Below, piece by piece: positions 39,663 through 52,975 of a stretch of 64,000 bases of DNA. The notes beneath the pieces are model-generated. The model was not told the DNA's origin, did no database searches, and saw only the letters and a list, made by a program, of their open reading frames with translations. Each line of letters opens with the position of its first letter. Within the stretch, counting starts at the first letter, position 1. A program made the translations under genes and the position numbers. The DNA is from Octopus vulgaris (Eukaryota): assembly GCA_951406725.2 (NCBI GenBank), contig OX597818.1, positions 139,004,001-139,068,000 on the forward strand. Reading direction: 5' to 3'.

Positions 39663-40484
39663 TAATCCTTTCTACTATACACACAAAGCCTGAAATCGAT
39701 TAGCAGCGTGCTAATCGATTACATCGATCCCAATGTACAACTGGTACTTATTTTATCAACCCCGTAATGATGAAAGGCAAAGTCGACCTCGGCGGAATTT
39801 GAACTCAGAATGTCAAGACGGATGAAATTCCGCTAAGCATCTTGCCCGGTGTGCTAACGACTCTGCATGCTCACACCTTAAGTGTCTGAATAAATATTGC
39901 TTTTAAATTCTGGCGCAAGGCCGGCAATTTTCCAGAAGAGGGTAAGTCGATTACAGCAACCTCAATGCTCTACCGGTACTTAATTTATCGACCCGAAAGG
40001 AAAGAAAGCGAAGTCGACCTCGGCGGAATTTGAAATCAGAACATGAAGACGGACGAAATGCGTGCTAACGATCCTGTCAGCTCACTGCTTTAACAAGAAG
40101 AAGAAGAAGAAGAAGAAGAAGAAGAAGAAGAAGAAGAAGAAGAAGAAGAAGAAGAAGAACAACAACAACAACAACTGCAACAGCAAAAGCAATAATCATC
40201 CTTACTAAAAGCACAAGGCCAGAAATTTGGGGGAGGAAACAAGTCGATTACATCGACTCCAGTGTTTCACTGGTACTTAATTTATCGACCCCCGAAAGGA
40301 TGAAAGGCAAAGTCAACCTTGGCGGCCCAAATTTTGGCATAAGACCAGCTGTTTTCAAGGAAGTGGTTAGGTCGAGTACTCAACTGGCACTTATTTTATC
40401 GACTCCCGAAAGGATTAAAACGTAAGGTCGACCTCGGCTGAACTAAGAACGTAACGACGGATGAAATGCTGCTAAGCATTTTGT

Positions 40485-40485
<1 letters not shown>
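39663..40485 (-). mobile_element. cluster of four older SINE family M copies with (GAA)n(CAA)n at 40095-40175
   Basis: Repeated family motifs, all in the same orientation. Confidence 0.8.
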
Positions 40486-40519
<34 letters not shown>

Positions 40520-41030
40520 ATTTGGCTCAAAAGCAAATAGCAAGGCCATGTAGGGGGACATGGAGTTAAGTACAGGGTGGTGTTCATGTAAAGAGTTCAG
40601 GCCACTTGAGGTCAAGGGAGGCTTTGAACAAAGCGGTCGTCGGCATCTTCACCATCTCATCTGGCAGCTTGTTCCACGGATCCGCAACCCGGACGGAGAA
40701 AGCTCCTCTCCTTCGATTGAGATGAAATCGTCGCAGGTAGAGCTTTTCGGAATGACCCCGCAGCCGACGCTCTGGAGCAGGAGTGAAGAACAGCTCTTTC
40801 GAGAGGTTACACTTTCCGCTTATGATGTTGTGGGCGAGAATGAGATCACCACGGCGGCGGCGTTTTTCAAGAGAATAAAGGTCGAGCGTCCTCAGCCTTT
40901 CTTCATAGAACAAATTTTTGAGACCATGAACCATGCGGGTAGCCAGCTTCTGGACTCTTTCGAGATGCTGTATGTCTTTGAGGAGATAAGGAGAAGAGGC
41001 TTGAATCCTGTACTCCAATATGGGTCTCAT
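40486..41030 (-). mobile_element. CR1-clade LINE 3' end (open 148-aa C-terminus, 3'UTR, (TAAC)n tail)
   Basis: RPILEY..ASSPYLLKDIQHLERVQKLATRMV..YEERL..LDLYSLEKRRRRGDLI...RGHSEKL..FSVRVADPWNKLP; (TTAG)n on +. Confidence 0.92.
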
Positions 41031-41677
41031 ATTCTAACGATTCTGCTAGCTCACCGCAAATGATGATTATTATTTAGACGGTGAACTGGCAGAATAATAA
41101 GGCCAGCAATTTCGAGAGAGTGGGTACTTCTTACCACAATAGGTACAAAGCCTGAAATTTAGGGGAGGGTACTAGTCGACCCCAGTGTTCAACTTGTACA
41201 TTGACCCCTGTATTCAACTGGTATTTATTTTATCGATCCCGAGTGGATGAACAGTAAAGTCGAGCTCGGTGGAATTTGAACGCAGAACGTACAAAATCGA
41301 AATACCATATTTCTATAATCAAACAGTAATTCTCCGGCCCTTTTCGTTCAGAGCTCAAATTTCGCCCTTGGTTGACTTCGCCTATCATCCTTTCGGAGGG
41401 GTGGGGGTCGATAAAATAAGTACCAGTTGTGTACTGAGATTGATGCAATCGACTTCCACACGTCTCGAATTTGTGTCGTAGCATGATTTAAGAAGTTCTG
41501 CATGCGTTATAATACGTAGAATTATGGTTAAGTACCCTCTGCCATGAGATCAAGTTTTGAGCGTGAAATTGTGTCGAGAGAAACAGAGTAAAAGAATATT
41601 AGGACTGAATGATCAGTAATCCAAACAACCGAAATAGTCACAGACGCCCAGTCTATCTGAATACTTTTTAAAAGATA

Positions 41678-42142
41678 CAGTCGTGGCCCAAAGTGTGAAA
41701 CATGGGCCTGAAAATGAGAATTTTTATGTAAAATGTCCAAAGTTATATTTAATTTGCTATATATTATTACTTGGCTCAAAGTGTGAAACATGGGCCTGAA
41801 AATGAGAATTTTTATGTAAAATGTCCAAAGTTATATTTAATTTGCAATATACTATTACTTGGCCAAATGTTTGGAACATTGGTCTGAAAATGAGAATTTT
41901 TATATAAAATGTCCAAAGTTATATTTAATTTGCAATATACTATTACTTGGCCCAAAGTGTGAAACTTGGGCCTGAAAATGAGAATTTTTATGTAAAATAC
42001 CCAAAGTTATATCTAATTTGCGATATATTATCACTTGGCCAAAAGTTTGGAACATTGGTCTGAAATTTTTTCTTTTAGATATTGAATCATTGGGCATAAT
42101 TTCAATTTTTTAAAAAATATTCCAAACGTTTGGCTACGACTG
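41678..42142. mobile_element. Tc1-type MITE whose interior is a 4.3 x 88-bp tandem array
   Basis: TA|CAGTCGTGGCCCAAAGTGTGAAA ... TTCCAAACGTTTGGCTACGACTG. Units start at 41685, 41773, 41861, 41949 and 42037. Confidence 0.8.
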
Positions 42143-42477
42143 TTCACGTGTCTGTGCTATACTAGTCCAAAATTTAATGAATGGATCTTTCAGTTAACCA
42201 AACAATTTGCGATAATAAAATTAATCCGTCACCAAGTTCAATATCCAAACATGTCTTACGAAAGTGAAGTCCACCGTGTTCATACCAACATTCTGGTTTG
42301 GTCAATGACTGGACACTCACATACACACACACACGCACATACATGCGTACATATACGCTTGTAGACTTATACATGTAAACACACACGCACACACAGAGGC
42401 ATATACTCAAACATGTTGGCATACAAGGTTCATAATTTATACATTATAACAGACCTCCTTTGACACAGACATATATA

Positions 42478-42682
42478 CGAGGGGATGCTGAAAAGTTTTA
42501 AGGATGTCGCGAAAAGCCTGGTTGGAGGCCCAGCCTTCCAAGTTCTGGGGCTTAGAAAAATTGAAGGACCGCTACAATAAGTGTGTGAATCTGAGAGGGG
42601 AATATGTTGAATAAAACCATAATTAACTAATCCTCCTATATTTTCTTTTACACAAAGCCAAGAAATTTTCGGCACGCCTTCG
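42478..42682. mobile_element. mariner-family MITE (copy 2)
   Basis: Reverse complement of 2773-2998, TA-flanked. Confidence 0.8.
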
Positions 42683-43182
42683 TACATCTATACGCATAAA
42701 CTGACATGTTTGTATATATACATAAATACATACACAAATATATATATATGTGTGTATGTGTTTCAATAGCGAGCGTTTGTATGTACTTTTCCATTTGCAC
42801 ACACACACGTGTGTGTGAAAGCTATACATATTTAGAAAAGCAATATTGAGGAAAAGCAGACAAACACTTGGCCGAGTAATATCCGATGGAATCTCCTAGC
42901 CTAAATATTTACATTATATCTAATAACACCTCATTGTGAAAGTTATTGTGTTATGCTTATAAAGATATCATGCAGGAGTTTTATTGCGATATAGCCATGC
43001 ATTTATCCACTGATACGTGCATTTGTACACATAATCATACAGATATCTTTATGTATGTATGTATGTATGTATGTATGTATGTATGCATATATGTATGTAT
43101 GTATGTATGTATAAACATACTCATATATAAGTTCATATATATATATATATATAAGTACATATATATATCTCTATATACATAC

Positions 43183-43237
<55 letters not shown>

Positions 43238-43303
43238 CACTCACACATACATATGCATACATATATATATATATATATATGTATGATATGAATATACAAC
43301 CTG

Positions 43304-43347
<44 letters not shown>

Positions 43348-43411
43348 TTAATGTATGAATATGCAGAATGCAATATATATATTTATATATATATACATAT
43401 ATACTCACGTG

Positions 43412-43478
<67 letters not shown>

Positions 43479-43555
43479 ATATATATATGTATATATATGT
43501 ATGTATATATATATATGTATATATATGTATATATATATATATATGTATATATATG

Positions 43556-43588
<33 letters not shown>

Positions 43589-43599
43589 GTATTTATATG

Positions 43600-43636
<37 letters not shown>

Positions 43637-43645
43637 AGATAGATA

Positions 43646-43688
<43 letters not shown>

Positions 43689-44639
43689 AGTAACGAAGAA
43701 AACAATATGAAAATAACATGCGCACGTTCACATACGTGTATAGGCCAACACGAATGTACACATTACTGCCTACTATTATAACGTGTTTCAAACTTGAAAA
43801 TCGTAATGATATTGTATAACTGTATGTTTATGAAGGAATATTTTGAACGCCGTGATGATATTTGTCTTGTCAGAAATATATAACAATAAAATATATGTCA
43901 ATACTATAGAGAAGAACGGACACTGTTGCTGTAAGACTTTTGGGAACAATAACTATCTGGGAACAATCTTGATTTGTGTGTGTGTGTCTGTGTTTTTCTA
44001 AGTATGTTTGTCGATATATCTGTGCCTGAATGTATCTGTGTATGAATGTATTCTACATTTAAATGTATTGTATTCTTTATTACATGACTGATCTTTGTCT
44101 TTGGAGCAAGGGTGTTTTTTTTTATGTTTGCACGAATGTATTTTTTCTGGTCGTTTATGTGTGCATGAATCTACAAAAATGTCGAGTCACTCCGACACTA
44201 CTCAGAGTTTCTCACTCAGTGCGAAATTTCAGGTAACAAAAACAAAAAAAAAGGAAGTTTATGCTCTACTAGAAATCTTCACAAAATTGCTCGTAAGTAG
44301 TTTTCAAGGGCCTCGGACGGTCATGTTTTTTAATAGTGATATATCTTAACGTTTGTGTTTATTTGTTATAATCTCTGGAAAGTGTCACTTGTGCACTTAC
44401 TTGGGCTATTCTTTGAAAACATGAGCCCGTCATCTCTGTACAGTCACACGCTTATATCATAAAACGAGCTTTCCTTTGCGTTGCACATATTCTGATTTCA
44501 TCAAAGCTACCCACGGTGACGCTCTTAAGAAACAATGAATTTTAGCTTTCAAAAAATTTTACCGAATAGTGGCAGTAAGATTCTTGAATGACAGGCTAAA
44601 AACCAAACTCGAAATGAACTAATCAGAAACCTAAAACTA

Positions 44640-45045
44640 CCGTATTTTGCAGTCACATTCAATAGAAACACTGATTAAACGTTATCAAACATGCCCAATA
44701 AGCATCAGCAAGAATATAAGTGAATTATCCTTCGATAATTCACTTTGAACGCGGTTTCAGAGTACTACAAAGAAGTACTATTACCTAACTACTACCAAGA
44801 AATAATAAAATACTCTCTAACACAATCACAACATCTCTGCAACACTTAGCGAATAAAAATCATATGGTATAACCCACTGTACAACACTGATGTAAAAACC
44901 AGTGTTGCAAAACAATTTATTAGCGCTATAAAATCAAGACGTTCAAGAAAAACAAGGTTACAATGAGTCGAAGCTGTATGCATGAAAATTATGTCTAATG
45001 TCATGAAGAGCCACGATGCAATAATACTGCAACAAAGCAGAGATC
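44640..45045 (+). mobile_element. Penelope-like element RT C-terminal remnant (old)
   Basis: PISISKNISELS..EYYKEVL and KIIWYNPLYNTDVKTSVAKQFISAIK..CM..MSNVMKSHDAIIL resemble the PLE IIWYNPPF..NVKT..K.FL..SYSCM region. Confidence 0.7.
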
Positions 45046-45084
45046 GATGAAGACCGACATACAATTACCGAAACATAGTTTTAC

Positions 45085-46465
45085 ATCATATTGAACATGT
45101 TTGAGTATATTCGAACAGGATTAATCTTTTCGCCTCGGAGATAGTTCCGGGAGAAAATTCTCCACCCTGACATGCGTGAAAGCATATATTTTGGAGGTTG
45201 TGAATGAAGTCATTGGATTGTGGAGCGCATGCGTTTCTGTGTCGTCCTGCTAAATCAGCTTTAAATATCAAATTTCTCATTCACAGCCCGAATAAAAATC
45301 GAAATGATTTTTATTATAATAGCAAACGGAATGTTTGCTGATATATGTAAAGCTCAATTAAGCTAGAATTAAATGAATAATATCGCTTAAAGCAGCATTG
45401 AATAAAATAGTATTCGTGTAAAGTAATAGTCAACACGTTCGAGTATATTCGAACTTGATAAGACCTTTCACTGGATCGTTGGACGCTTGCGTGTCTGTGT
45501 GTTACCAATTCATCAGCTACGAAGACCAACTCTGCATTAGCTTTAGACATAAATACCTAAAGGAAAGCCTTTTACACCGAGTTAACGTTTCTGCTAATAA
45601 TATAAATTATAGCAGCGCCATTATTTGACTGCTATTTATTTCAGAGGCCCGAGAGGACCTCAGAAGGTTTGACTCCAAACCGTAATATTGTTTTTAACAG
45701 AAACAATCTTACTCTTTCGACTTATGGTATGGAAGACATTTATTTAAATGTCACTCCTTTATAGTCAAGGATGTTGCTATATAAAGACATACTGGCACGG
45801 GACAGTGAAATGCTTCTGTAGGGATATGGACGTACTGAGAGATAGACGAGAATATAAAAACTGACGATGCATAACAAATAGAAAAAATATGGTGAGAAAA
45901 TTGTTACTGATGCCTATAAGTAAGCTTGTTAATATCATTTTTCATGTCTTTCTCTATGTTTTTTGTTTTGTTTCGGAATAAGTATTGCGTCTACAATCTA
46001 GCAATATTAAAACTATAAAAGCAAGTAAAAAAGAATTGGGTTTCTCGACATATAAATCATCTCTTCCACCAAGAAAAAAAACCGAAAAAAAACAAAAAAA
46101 CCAAGAGAATACAAACACTACAATTTTTACTTGATCATTACACAAAAACCAATTTTGAATGTTATATAATGTTTGGCTAACATGATCCCCAATATAAACG
46201 GACCCATCACACTCCGAAAATGAGTCGGTTACTAAAAGTTGAGCTTGTAATGGCTCTTTAGACATCTTATATGTATTTGTATTTCGAAGAACCACTACAC
46301 ACGCTAAATGAATTGTGAATCCCGAAGATTATGTTGATTCTTCAAGAACAGAAACACTTCGACTCTGAACACTTGTTAACAGTTTAGAAAGTCCAAGTGA
46401 AACCCAAAATAGAGTGTTGCTCATAGACTACTTCTAACAGAGTACTGGTCTCAGAGTACTGTATA
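45085..46465 (-). pseudogene. disabled exon cluster of an unidentified gene, weakly USP(C19)-like, with internal exon duplication
   Basis: Exon-like 46132-46465 (tttttcag| ... CAA|gtaaaa) splices in phase to tttcctttag|VFMSKANAELVFVAD. There is an in-frame stop at 46329 and a duplicated segment. Confidence 0.3.
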
Positions 46466-46600
46466 CTGAAAAACTCGTTACAACCCACCCATGATACAAG
46501 GAGTAGTTTGACCGCGCGTTCCCTCATGTTTTACTTCTTCTCACTTCGTACACTTCTCACACAATCCAAATCTCTTCCTATAAAATTTACATGATCACTT

Positions 46601-46853
46601 TTATTTGACGCCCTTTTAAAGCCTAGCCAGGCTCATGGGCCCGGTTTCCCGGTTTCTATGGCGTATGTGTTCCCTAGCTGACGGGCCGCCAGTCCATCGC
46701 AGCGTTACTCATTTTTGCCAGCTGAGTGGACTGGAGCAACGTGAAATGAAGTGTTTTGCTTAAGAACACAACGCGTCGCCCGGTCCAGGAATCGAAACCA
46801 CAATCTTACGATCATGATGCTGACACCCTAACCACTAAGCCACGCGCCTTCAC
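46601..46853 (-). mobile_element. SINE family C (tRNA head plus CORE-like domain), 12-bp TSD
   Basis: ACATGATCACTT at 46589-46600 and 46854-46865. Confidence 0.9.
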
Positions 46854-46955
46854 ACATGATCACTTACTGAGCTTTTTTTTTCCTCTCAGGGTCTTCAAAA
46901 CTATCTCCCAGAGTCACTTCACTTCTTTTACTCGTTCGTACTTTTATGCCATAGT

Positions 46956-47296
46956 TCCGGGACCCCCTTCGGTCACGACACTGACCATGGGATTGCACCT
47001 AGAAAGTTACCCTCCTAGTCACAAGTCTGGGCAAGGTGGTTTAAGGAAGACCAGCAGTCGCCCATGCATACCGGCCTCCCCTCTCCACGCCACCAGTGTT
47101 ATCCAAGGGAAAGGCAAGGTCCGATACAGCTTGGCACCCGTGACGTCGCAACTCATTTCTACAGCTGAGTGAACTGGAGCAACGTGAAATAAAGTGTCTT
47201 GCTCAAGAACACAACACGCAGCCCGGTCCGGGATTCGAGCTCACAACCTCACGATCGTAAGCTCGACGCTCTAACCACTGAGCCATGCGCCTTCAC
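46956..47296 (-). mobile_element. SINE family C head with a different, possibly RTE-related tail, 10-bp TSD
   Basis: ATGCCATAGT at 46946-46955 and 47297-47306. The tail segment also occurs at 1122-1200. Confidence 0.88.
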
Positions 47297-47963
47297 ATGC
47301 CATAGTGGTTACACCTTTATTTTTCGCTTTCTGTATGTAGCAGGACAAAATGTCCGATACGTGAGATTTCTTTTCTTCCTCACGACCTAAATATATTCGA
47401 CTGTTTAAACTATGCAAATTTGGTCAATCATAAAAGAACTTGGGTAACACATCCGCTTCTGCCTCCGATTAAAGACAGAAAAATCCACATAAAATTCCAT
47501 CGCACGCATCTCGCAAGTACAAACACACATAAACACATACATACAATCACACACACCCACGCACAAACACCTACCTACATACATACATATAATTGCATGC
47601 GTTTTTGAATATTTGAACATAACATAATCCATACATAGATAATTGCAAACGTATATCCATACCCTCACCCCCACCCACACACACATACATACCTCGATCA
47701 TACTCATTCAATTACAGATCATACGCAACCACACACACACACACATACACACAAGTGTACCATGTAAATGTTGAGAAAAATGTGCAGTCGAGAATGGTGA
47801 AAGAGCGCTTCCTATCAGAATTTCCCATCAATAAGAGAGAAATTACTTTTGTTGGAAACATTCGGTCTGGCAAAAGAATATAAAAGATAAAAATATAAAA
47901 AAAAAAAACAGCCGCCATTTACACATTAACATTCGTGGGGGCCAAAGACTTACATTTATTTAA

Positions 47964-47965
<2 letters not shown>

Positions 47966-48052
<87 letters not shown>
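47966..48052 (+). repeat. (ATT)n microsatellite
   Basis: Directly visible. Confidence 0.95.
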
Positions 48053-48169
48053 GCGGTTGTTGTTATTATTTTCACCTCAGCTCAATTCTACCCCTCTACA
48101 ACCCACCCCGAATCGCTACCGTCCTTCACATGTGAATACATGCGCGTATGTAAGAATGTGTGAGGTTAA

Positions 48170-48351
48170 TTATGTATGTATGTATGTATGTATGTATGTA
48201 TGTATGTATGTGTGAGGATATTTATGTATGTATGTATGAATTTATGTATGTGTAAGGATATGTAAGTATGTGTGAGGATATGCACGTATGTATGTCTCTC
48301 TATGTATGTATGTATGTATGTATGAGGTTATGTATGTATGTATGTGTGAGG

Positions 48352-48382
<31 letters not shown>

Positions 48383-48415
48383 TGTTTGTATGTATGTCTG
48401 TTTGTATGTGTGAGG

Positions 48416-48446
<31 letters not shown>

Positions 48447-48799
48447 TGTATGTTTGTATGTATGTATGTATGTATGTATGTATGTATGTATGTATGTATG
48501 TATGTTTGTATGTATGTATGTATGTATGTATGTATGTATGTATGTATGTATGTTTGTATGTATGTATGTATGTATGTATGTTTGTATGTATGTATGTATG
48601 TATGTATGTATGTATGTATGTATGTATGTATGTATGTATGTGCGAGGATATGTATGTATGTATGTTTGTATGTATGTATGTATGTATGTATGTATGTATG
48701 TATGTATGTATGTATGTATGTATGTTTGTATGTTTGTATGTTTGTATGTTTGTATGTATGTGTGTATGTATGAGGTTATGTATGTATGTATGTGTGAGG

Positions 48800-48830
<31 letters not shown>

Positions 48831-48831
48831 T
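48170..48831 (+). repeat. (TATG)n satellite punctuated by TGTGAGGATA
   Basis: Directly visible. Confidence 0.95.
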
Positions 48832-49260
48832 CCATTTGAACCGCTGCTGGCTTCCTGACTGGTCTTTTATTATTTTTTTTGATATTATTTTATTTGATTT
48901 GATTTTGCCATTTCCTTTCCTTCTTTCTTTTTTTCCTTTTTTTCTTTTTCTTTTTTTTTTTTTTTTGGAAAACTGGCTGTTGGAATAACAGAGAAGGCAA
49001 CATAATGTTTGGCGCTCATACTTGTTCTATTGCTTTGCTATTCAGATGCAATCGCCGTTGCTAACGTTCGCTAGAATTAACGTTTTACACGGAACTCTGA
49101 AGGCATCAAGGCATGACTCCGTCAGGTATTATTCAATGCAAGTCTGCTGCCGAAATCGTGCTGGAATACCTAAGTGGGAAAAGAAAGCTTCTTGGAATGA
49201 ATGATGTAAGAGAACGAAACATAGATACAAGGTGAGCGATAACGGTGCTGATAGACAGAA

Positions 49261-49308
<48 letters not shown>

Positions 49309-49312
<4 letters not shown>

Positions 49313-49380
49313 GTAGATAGACAGAGCGGTAAAGAGAAAGAAAGTTAGATATATATATGTGTATATATATATATATGTAT

Positions 49381-49420
<40 letters not shown>

Positions 49421-49453
49421 GTAGATAGACAGAGCGGTAGAGAGAAAGAAAGT

Positions 49454-49491
<38 letters not shown>

Positions 49492-49551
49492 TGTGTGTAT
49501 ATATATATATATATAGGTAGATAGACAGAGTGGTAGAGAGAAAGAAAGTTA
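49309..49551 (+). repeat. three ~37-bp direct repeats separated by (TA)n tracts
   Basis: AGGTAGATAGACAGAGYGGTARAGAGAAAGAAAGTTA three times. Confidence 0.9.
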
Positions 49552-50333
49552 GAGAGAAGGAGGGGGTTAAAAAGCGGATGAGGAGGTGGGGTGGGTCTAC
49601 ATGTAGACAGTGTGTGGGAAGCTGTAGGGGAGAAGGTGGGGAAAAAATCAATGAATTGGTAAATGTAAGAGTGAAATTTGAGGTTTGTATGTGTATGGGA
49701 AGGGGGGGGGAGTAACTAGGGTATGGTGAAAATTTTGGGTGAGTAGTTATACAGTAAAGTATGTAGGTATGTAGTTTGAGAGAAATTGACATACATATGT
49801 AATACACACACACACACACACAAGTGTATATACCTACATACATGCAAGCACATTGACATTCATACACATACATACATACACTCACACATACAATAAGCAT
49901 GCTATTTTGTGAACCAAGAGAATTGAAATAAATATAAATATTAAGAAGTAAGGATGTAAACTCATTCCTTCCATGCTTTCTATGTGTGAAACTATGAGAT
50001 GAGACTCCCATGACGGACCGTTTTAGAGTTTGTTGACCGTTTCCATTAATAGCATAGCCTATTCAGCTACTGTATAAGGCAGTTATAAATTAAGCTATCA
50101 CCATAGTGGATAGCTGAATTTTCATGATTATAATTTTGACAGCACGTCGTTAATTAAACAATATCGATACATATTTTATGCATAACATTATATAAATCAG
50201 ACTTTTACTTACATACATACACACTCACTTATATCCATCCATCCATCCATCCATCCATCCATCCATCCATCCATCCATCTATCCATCCATCCATCCATCC
50301 ATCCATACATACATACATACATACATACATACA

Positions 50334-50425
<92 letters not shown>

Positions 50426-50431
50426 AAGGAA

Positions 50432-50713
50432 CATTCTGTCGGTTACGACGACGAGGGTCCCAGCTGATACGATAAACGGAACAGCTTACTCGTGAAATTA
50501 ACGTGCAAGTGACTGAGCAATCCACAGATACGTGTACCCTTAACGTAGTTCTCATGGAGATTCAGCGTGACAAGGCTGGCCCTTTGAAATACAGTTACTA
50601 CTCATTTTGCCAGATGAGTGGACTGGAGCAACATGAAATAAAGTGTCTTGCTCAAGGACACAATGCGATGATCATGAGCCGAATGCTGTAATCACTAAGC
50701 CACGTGCCTTCAC
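50432..50713 (-). mobile_element. chimeric SINE: family C head/core plus family B tail
   Basis: The 5' part matches 46853/47296 (-); the 3' part matches 52985-53160 (-). Confidence 0.8.
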
Positions 50714-50716
50714 GAT

Positions 50717-50805
<89 letters not shown>

Positions 50806-51300
50806 CGTGTGTGTGTGTAGATTGTAAACACAGTGTGACTGAATTGTTGAGATGTTTGCTTTGCTGTCGGACGGTCTTGGGTTCAATCCCATTGTGCGGC
50901 ACTTTGAGCAAACCCTCCAGTCAGTGAAACTGGGATGAAGGGAAACTGTATAGAAGCCCATCGAATTGGTTGTACTTGCAATTCAAAGGTGCAGGCCTAC
51001 CACATACTGTCGCATTGATTTCACCTGAGAGTTACATTGTCTGTTACAATACTCAGAAAAAGATATATCAAATTCAATGAACCTACAGACAACTGCAGAC
51101 GCGTAGCCAGAAATTCATATTGCAATCTATTTTTGTTTTATGTTGTAGACCAATTGGAACAGAGATGGACTAAAGATAGAAAAAGTTGGTCAGAGGTTTT
51201 TTTTTTGGAGAAAGGTAAATAAATGCATACATGTATGCATGTGCGTGTACATGAGTACGCATGAATATTTGTCTCATTCCACACACACACACACACACAC

Positions 51301-51349
<49 letters not shown>

Positions 51350-51528
51350 ATAAATTTATATATAAATAAGGATAAGATCGTTATTTAAATACCGATCTTA
51401 TCAGGTGGCCAGCATGGGAATAAAGACCTTCAAAGGTAATAATTATTATTAAAATTGTAATTTAGGGTATCTAAGAGATACCACCACAAAACTTGACTCC
51501 AAAACCACATTAAATGTTCATACAACGC

Positions 51529-51564
<36 letters not shown>

Positions 51565-51582
51565 GTGTGTGTGTGAGTGTGT

Positions 51583-51925
51583 GGAGGCGCAATGGCCTAG
51601 TGGTTAGGGCAGCGGTACTCGCGGTCGTAAGATCGCGGTTTCGATTCTCCGACCGGGTGTTGTAAGTGTTTATTGAGCGAAAACACCTAAAGCTCTACGA
51701 CGCTCTGGCAGGGAGTGGTGGCGAACCCTGCTATGCTCTTTCACCACAACTTCCTCCCATACTTTCTTTCTGTTTTACCTGTATTTCAAAGGGCCACCTT
51801 TGTCACACTACGTTAAGGGTACACGTGTCTGTGCAGTGCTCATCCACTTGCACGTTAATTTCACGAGTAGGCTGTTCCGTTGATCGGATTAACTGGAACC
51901 CTCATCATCGTAACCGACACAGTGC
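51583..51925 (+). mobile_element. SINE family B copy
   Basis: Matches 52976-53364 with an internal deletion. Confidence 0.85.
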
Positions 51926-51936
51926 CATGATATCTG

Positions 51937-52029
<93 letters not shown>

Positions 52030-52186
52030 ATATATATATATGTAAAGTTTCTTTAAAAGTTATTAAATTACTTAAAAAAGTATTTAGAGGATAACTTTAA
52101 AAAGTCTTTAAGTATTGTGATTGTACCAATATCTTTTGCAAGAAAACTATTCAACACACACACACAACATACAGATACAGACACAC

Positions 52187-52253
<67 letters not shown>

Positions 52254-52600
52254 GGTGGGGGACATACAGATAGAGAAAACGATGGGGGAGAGACGAGGAA
52301 GAGCTCAATAGGTAAATAGATGGAAAGCAAGGATATGTAGTTAGATAGGCATGTGTGTAAATAATTATATTGCTGGCTAAATGGGCAGAGCCTTAGATAA
52401 ATAGGTAGATTAAAAATATCTGAAGAGATAGATAAGTATTTCAATAGATAAATAAAGAGAGAAAGAGATATAGACAGCTCTCTCTCTCTCTCTCTATCTA
52501 TCTATCTACCTCCTCTCTCTCTATCTCTCTATCCATCTATCTATATCTATCGCTATATCTACTGAATGCATTTACAGTTGCATAAATGTATATGGGAGAG

Positions 52601-52669
<69 letters not shown>

Positions 52670-52975
52670 AAGAAAGAAAGAGCGATATGAAAAGGAATAT
52701 ATTGTGTATTAAGAGTAGAATTTGGAAAATTTCTTTTCCCATGGCTTGTGTATTATTAATAATTAATTAGCAATAATTATAATAATACCTATTGTAGTAA
52801 TTACAGTCGAGGAGCAGCCAACAATGTCTGGCATATCATCTTCACCAACACAGAATAGCCGAGATGAGAACTGCAACAATAAGACTGCGATGGCGTTGAC
52901 AAACAACAACAACAACAACAACGGCAAAAGTAGCGATTTCTTAATTAAACCTGAAGTTGTAAATATGATAGAGAT

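Noticed and set aside
40486-40519. Telomere-like (TTAG)n
   Set aside because: It is not TTAGGG and is positioned as the CR1 3' tail.
41685-42063. 88-bp periodic array as a CRISPR candidate
   Set aside because: Head-to-tail units without unique spacers, lying within MITE TIRs.
49309-49551. 37-bp direct repeats with spacers resembling a CRISPR array
   Set aside because: The spacers are related (TA)n tracts, the context is eukaryotic, and there are no cas genes.
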